A stretch of 64,000 nucleotides of DNA from the NCBI RefSeq assembly GCF_018977255.1, contig NW_024704742.1, positions 50,594,001-50,658,000 of the forward strand, written 5' to 3'. Below are positions 61,975 through 64,000 of this stretch, piece by piece. Both the position numbers and the translations under genes were made by a program. The notes beneath the pieces are model-generated. The model ran no database searches and was not told the DNA's origin. It saw only the letters and a program-made list of their open reading frames with translations. Position 1 is the stretch's first letter; each line of letters starts with the position of its first letter. The stretch is from Callorhinchus milii. Lineage: Eukaryota.

Positions 61975-64000
61975 CTGCCAAAAACATTTCAAATTTGTTA
62001 AAACACAAGCACGCTTTTTTATTCCAAAGCACATGGACCTTGTTTTGATTTAGGTTGTTCAAATATGTTCCACTGGTAAGAGAAGAAGTAGGTCAGAAGC
62101 TTCATTATGTCTACTCCATTCACCATACGGTTGTGAGAACATGAGCTGCTACAGATCAGGGAATGTCACTCTTGCTGACCTGCTTCTCCACTTTATCTAG
62201 TGGAACATTTTTCCGGAGCAGCCATAGTTTGTCTGGAACAATTTGAACTCTGTGATCCATCACGAAAGGTGTGAGAGACCGAACTCATTGAGAAGTACTT
62301 AGTTAATCAGGCACGTGACTGAAATGCAGGCATTTCATGAACAGGGAACACTCAAGGTACAAAACGTCCACTTTAAGTGACCTTTTATGTGTGTGTTTCT
62401 TATCAACGTCTTTCGTCATCCGTGTTTTTGTGTTCATGATGAGGACGATAAAATGAGAAGTTATCAGTATTTCCATGAAAAAGATGCCTTCCAGCGTCAA
62501 GGGAGAATGATGCCAAGGCTATAACAGTGTTTAAAAGGGATATTTGGATAAATGCTTAGATTAAGTTATTCTAGAGGTCATAGGAAAAGAACAGGAAAAT
62601 GGAATTAGAGCAGATGGCTCTAGTCAAGGAGTCAGCACGAACAACAATTTGCATTTATATAGTGCTCCTCAAACAGGATAGCGTGCCAGAGCACCACAAC
62701 AGACTCCATGAGCTGAATGGTTTCCTTCTGTGCTCTAAACTTTTTATGATGCTTTCTGTATGACCTTTTTGTGGCATTCTTTCCATTTTTACACCTCACA
62801 ATGATTGCGAGTCAGATTGACTTTCAAGTACAATATTACCATGGATTTATTTAAATTGTTGATTTATGAAGCATGCTTATCTGATGAAACTTGTTCAATA
62901 AATGTGCATCTCCTTTAACTTTGGTCAATCTAAAAATGGAATCTCCAGATTTCTCTCCAAACTATTCAATCACTTTTGGATTTTACGAAGGGTCATGAGG
63001 TTTCAATAGCACTCATTGGGAAAACTGAAGTTCTTGCAGGTTGGGGTGATGAGGTTGGGTTTGTTGCTGGAGACACACATTATGTCCTGAGGTGCTTTAT
63101 CCAGCAACAAGATGCCATTTACACTTCTGCTTGTACAGTGAGCTCTTTTTAATAATAATAATCCTCGTGTTCAATATAGCTCCTTATCACATAGATGAAA
63201 CATCTCAAAGCGCGTCACTGAATATATTGTAAAGTGTGTACTTTGTGGGCGAAACTTGGCAGCCAATTTTTCAACCACACTCATAGATTTGTGAAATTTG
63301 ATATTTCTAGCTTGAAGTTGGTTGAAGAATTGTTTCGCTCCAAAAATATACAGTCAATTCACTTTGCAGTATATTCTGCAAAGCGCTTAGAGACGTCTCG
63401 AAGATGTGATAAGGTGCTACAACAAATGCAAGCATTATTATCATTATTATGATAATGAGCTCTTTTCAACCACACTCACTGCTCAGCAATGGTAGCAATA
63501 ATTGCTTTTTAGAATTGGTAACCACAAGATGTTCAGAGACTTGCTGGAAGAAGGTGTTTGTTTACCTGTGCTCAAGAAGCATGGGAAACTATCAGGTGAG
63601 AGGCAGTCCAATGGTGTATTCCATGTGGGGGTAAAGTGAGGAGAACAGCAGGTATATGTATCTGATCCTGACCCGCTCACAGTTTACTACATCTGAATTC
63701 TAACTCTACTCTAAAGCCGTTTGCGCCCAGCACCTCTTTTGATTGAAGGAATTTCCCCAATTTAAGAACAATTAATGTGATGCAGAAGCAGCAACCTTAA
63801 AAAGTGGTGATAGTGCTCGCCAAATGCATTTTGTGAATATTCCAGTAAAGGAGTAAAGGGGTCATTAACTTGGATCCTTGAGGGAAACCCTGTTAACATT
63901 TCTGGAATAATTTGAAATACCTGTAGTTGCTCTTTAATACATTTTCAGTTTTCTGTACCATATTGCAGAGTTTTACCACTCTAGGCAAAAGAGCCACCAA

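Overview
This is vertebrate genomic DNA, probably from a cartilaginous fish (chimaera/shark). That assignment is inferred only from the DeuSINE/LINE2/CR1 repeat landscape. The window holds two convergent multi-exon genes in the conserved ATP10D-CORIN tail-to-tail arrangement. On the + strand I traced 21 GT-AG coding exons (1-42526) of a P4-ATPase lipid flippase, best assigned to ATP10D. They splice into one uninterrupted frame of 1352 aa within the window (the N-terminus lies upstream) with intact DGET, PISL, DKTGT, TGDK and GDGAND motifs. On the - strand I traced the last six coding exons of the transmembrane serine protease CORIN (61974-50159), with an intact RLNKR/ILGG activation site and H-D-S triad. 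Introns are dense with tRNA-derived SINEs of two generations, truncated LINE2 and CR1 copies, MITEs and older RT fossils. I see no RNA genes, CRISPR arrays or prokaryotic features, and no clear-cut new biological system. The best leads are: a 39-bp near-perfect intronic hairpin; an unclassified element with perfect 31-bp TIRs; an unclassified poly(A)-tailed retroposon; a composite CORE-like/Deu-like SINE sharing a covarying stem-loop with LINE2; back-to-back polyadenylation signals; substitutions at normally conserved ATP10 positions; and an intact corin in a lineage thought to lack ANP/BNP.
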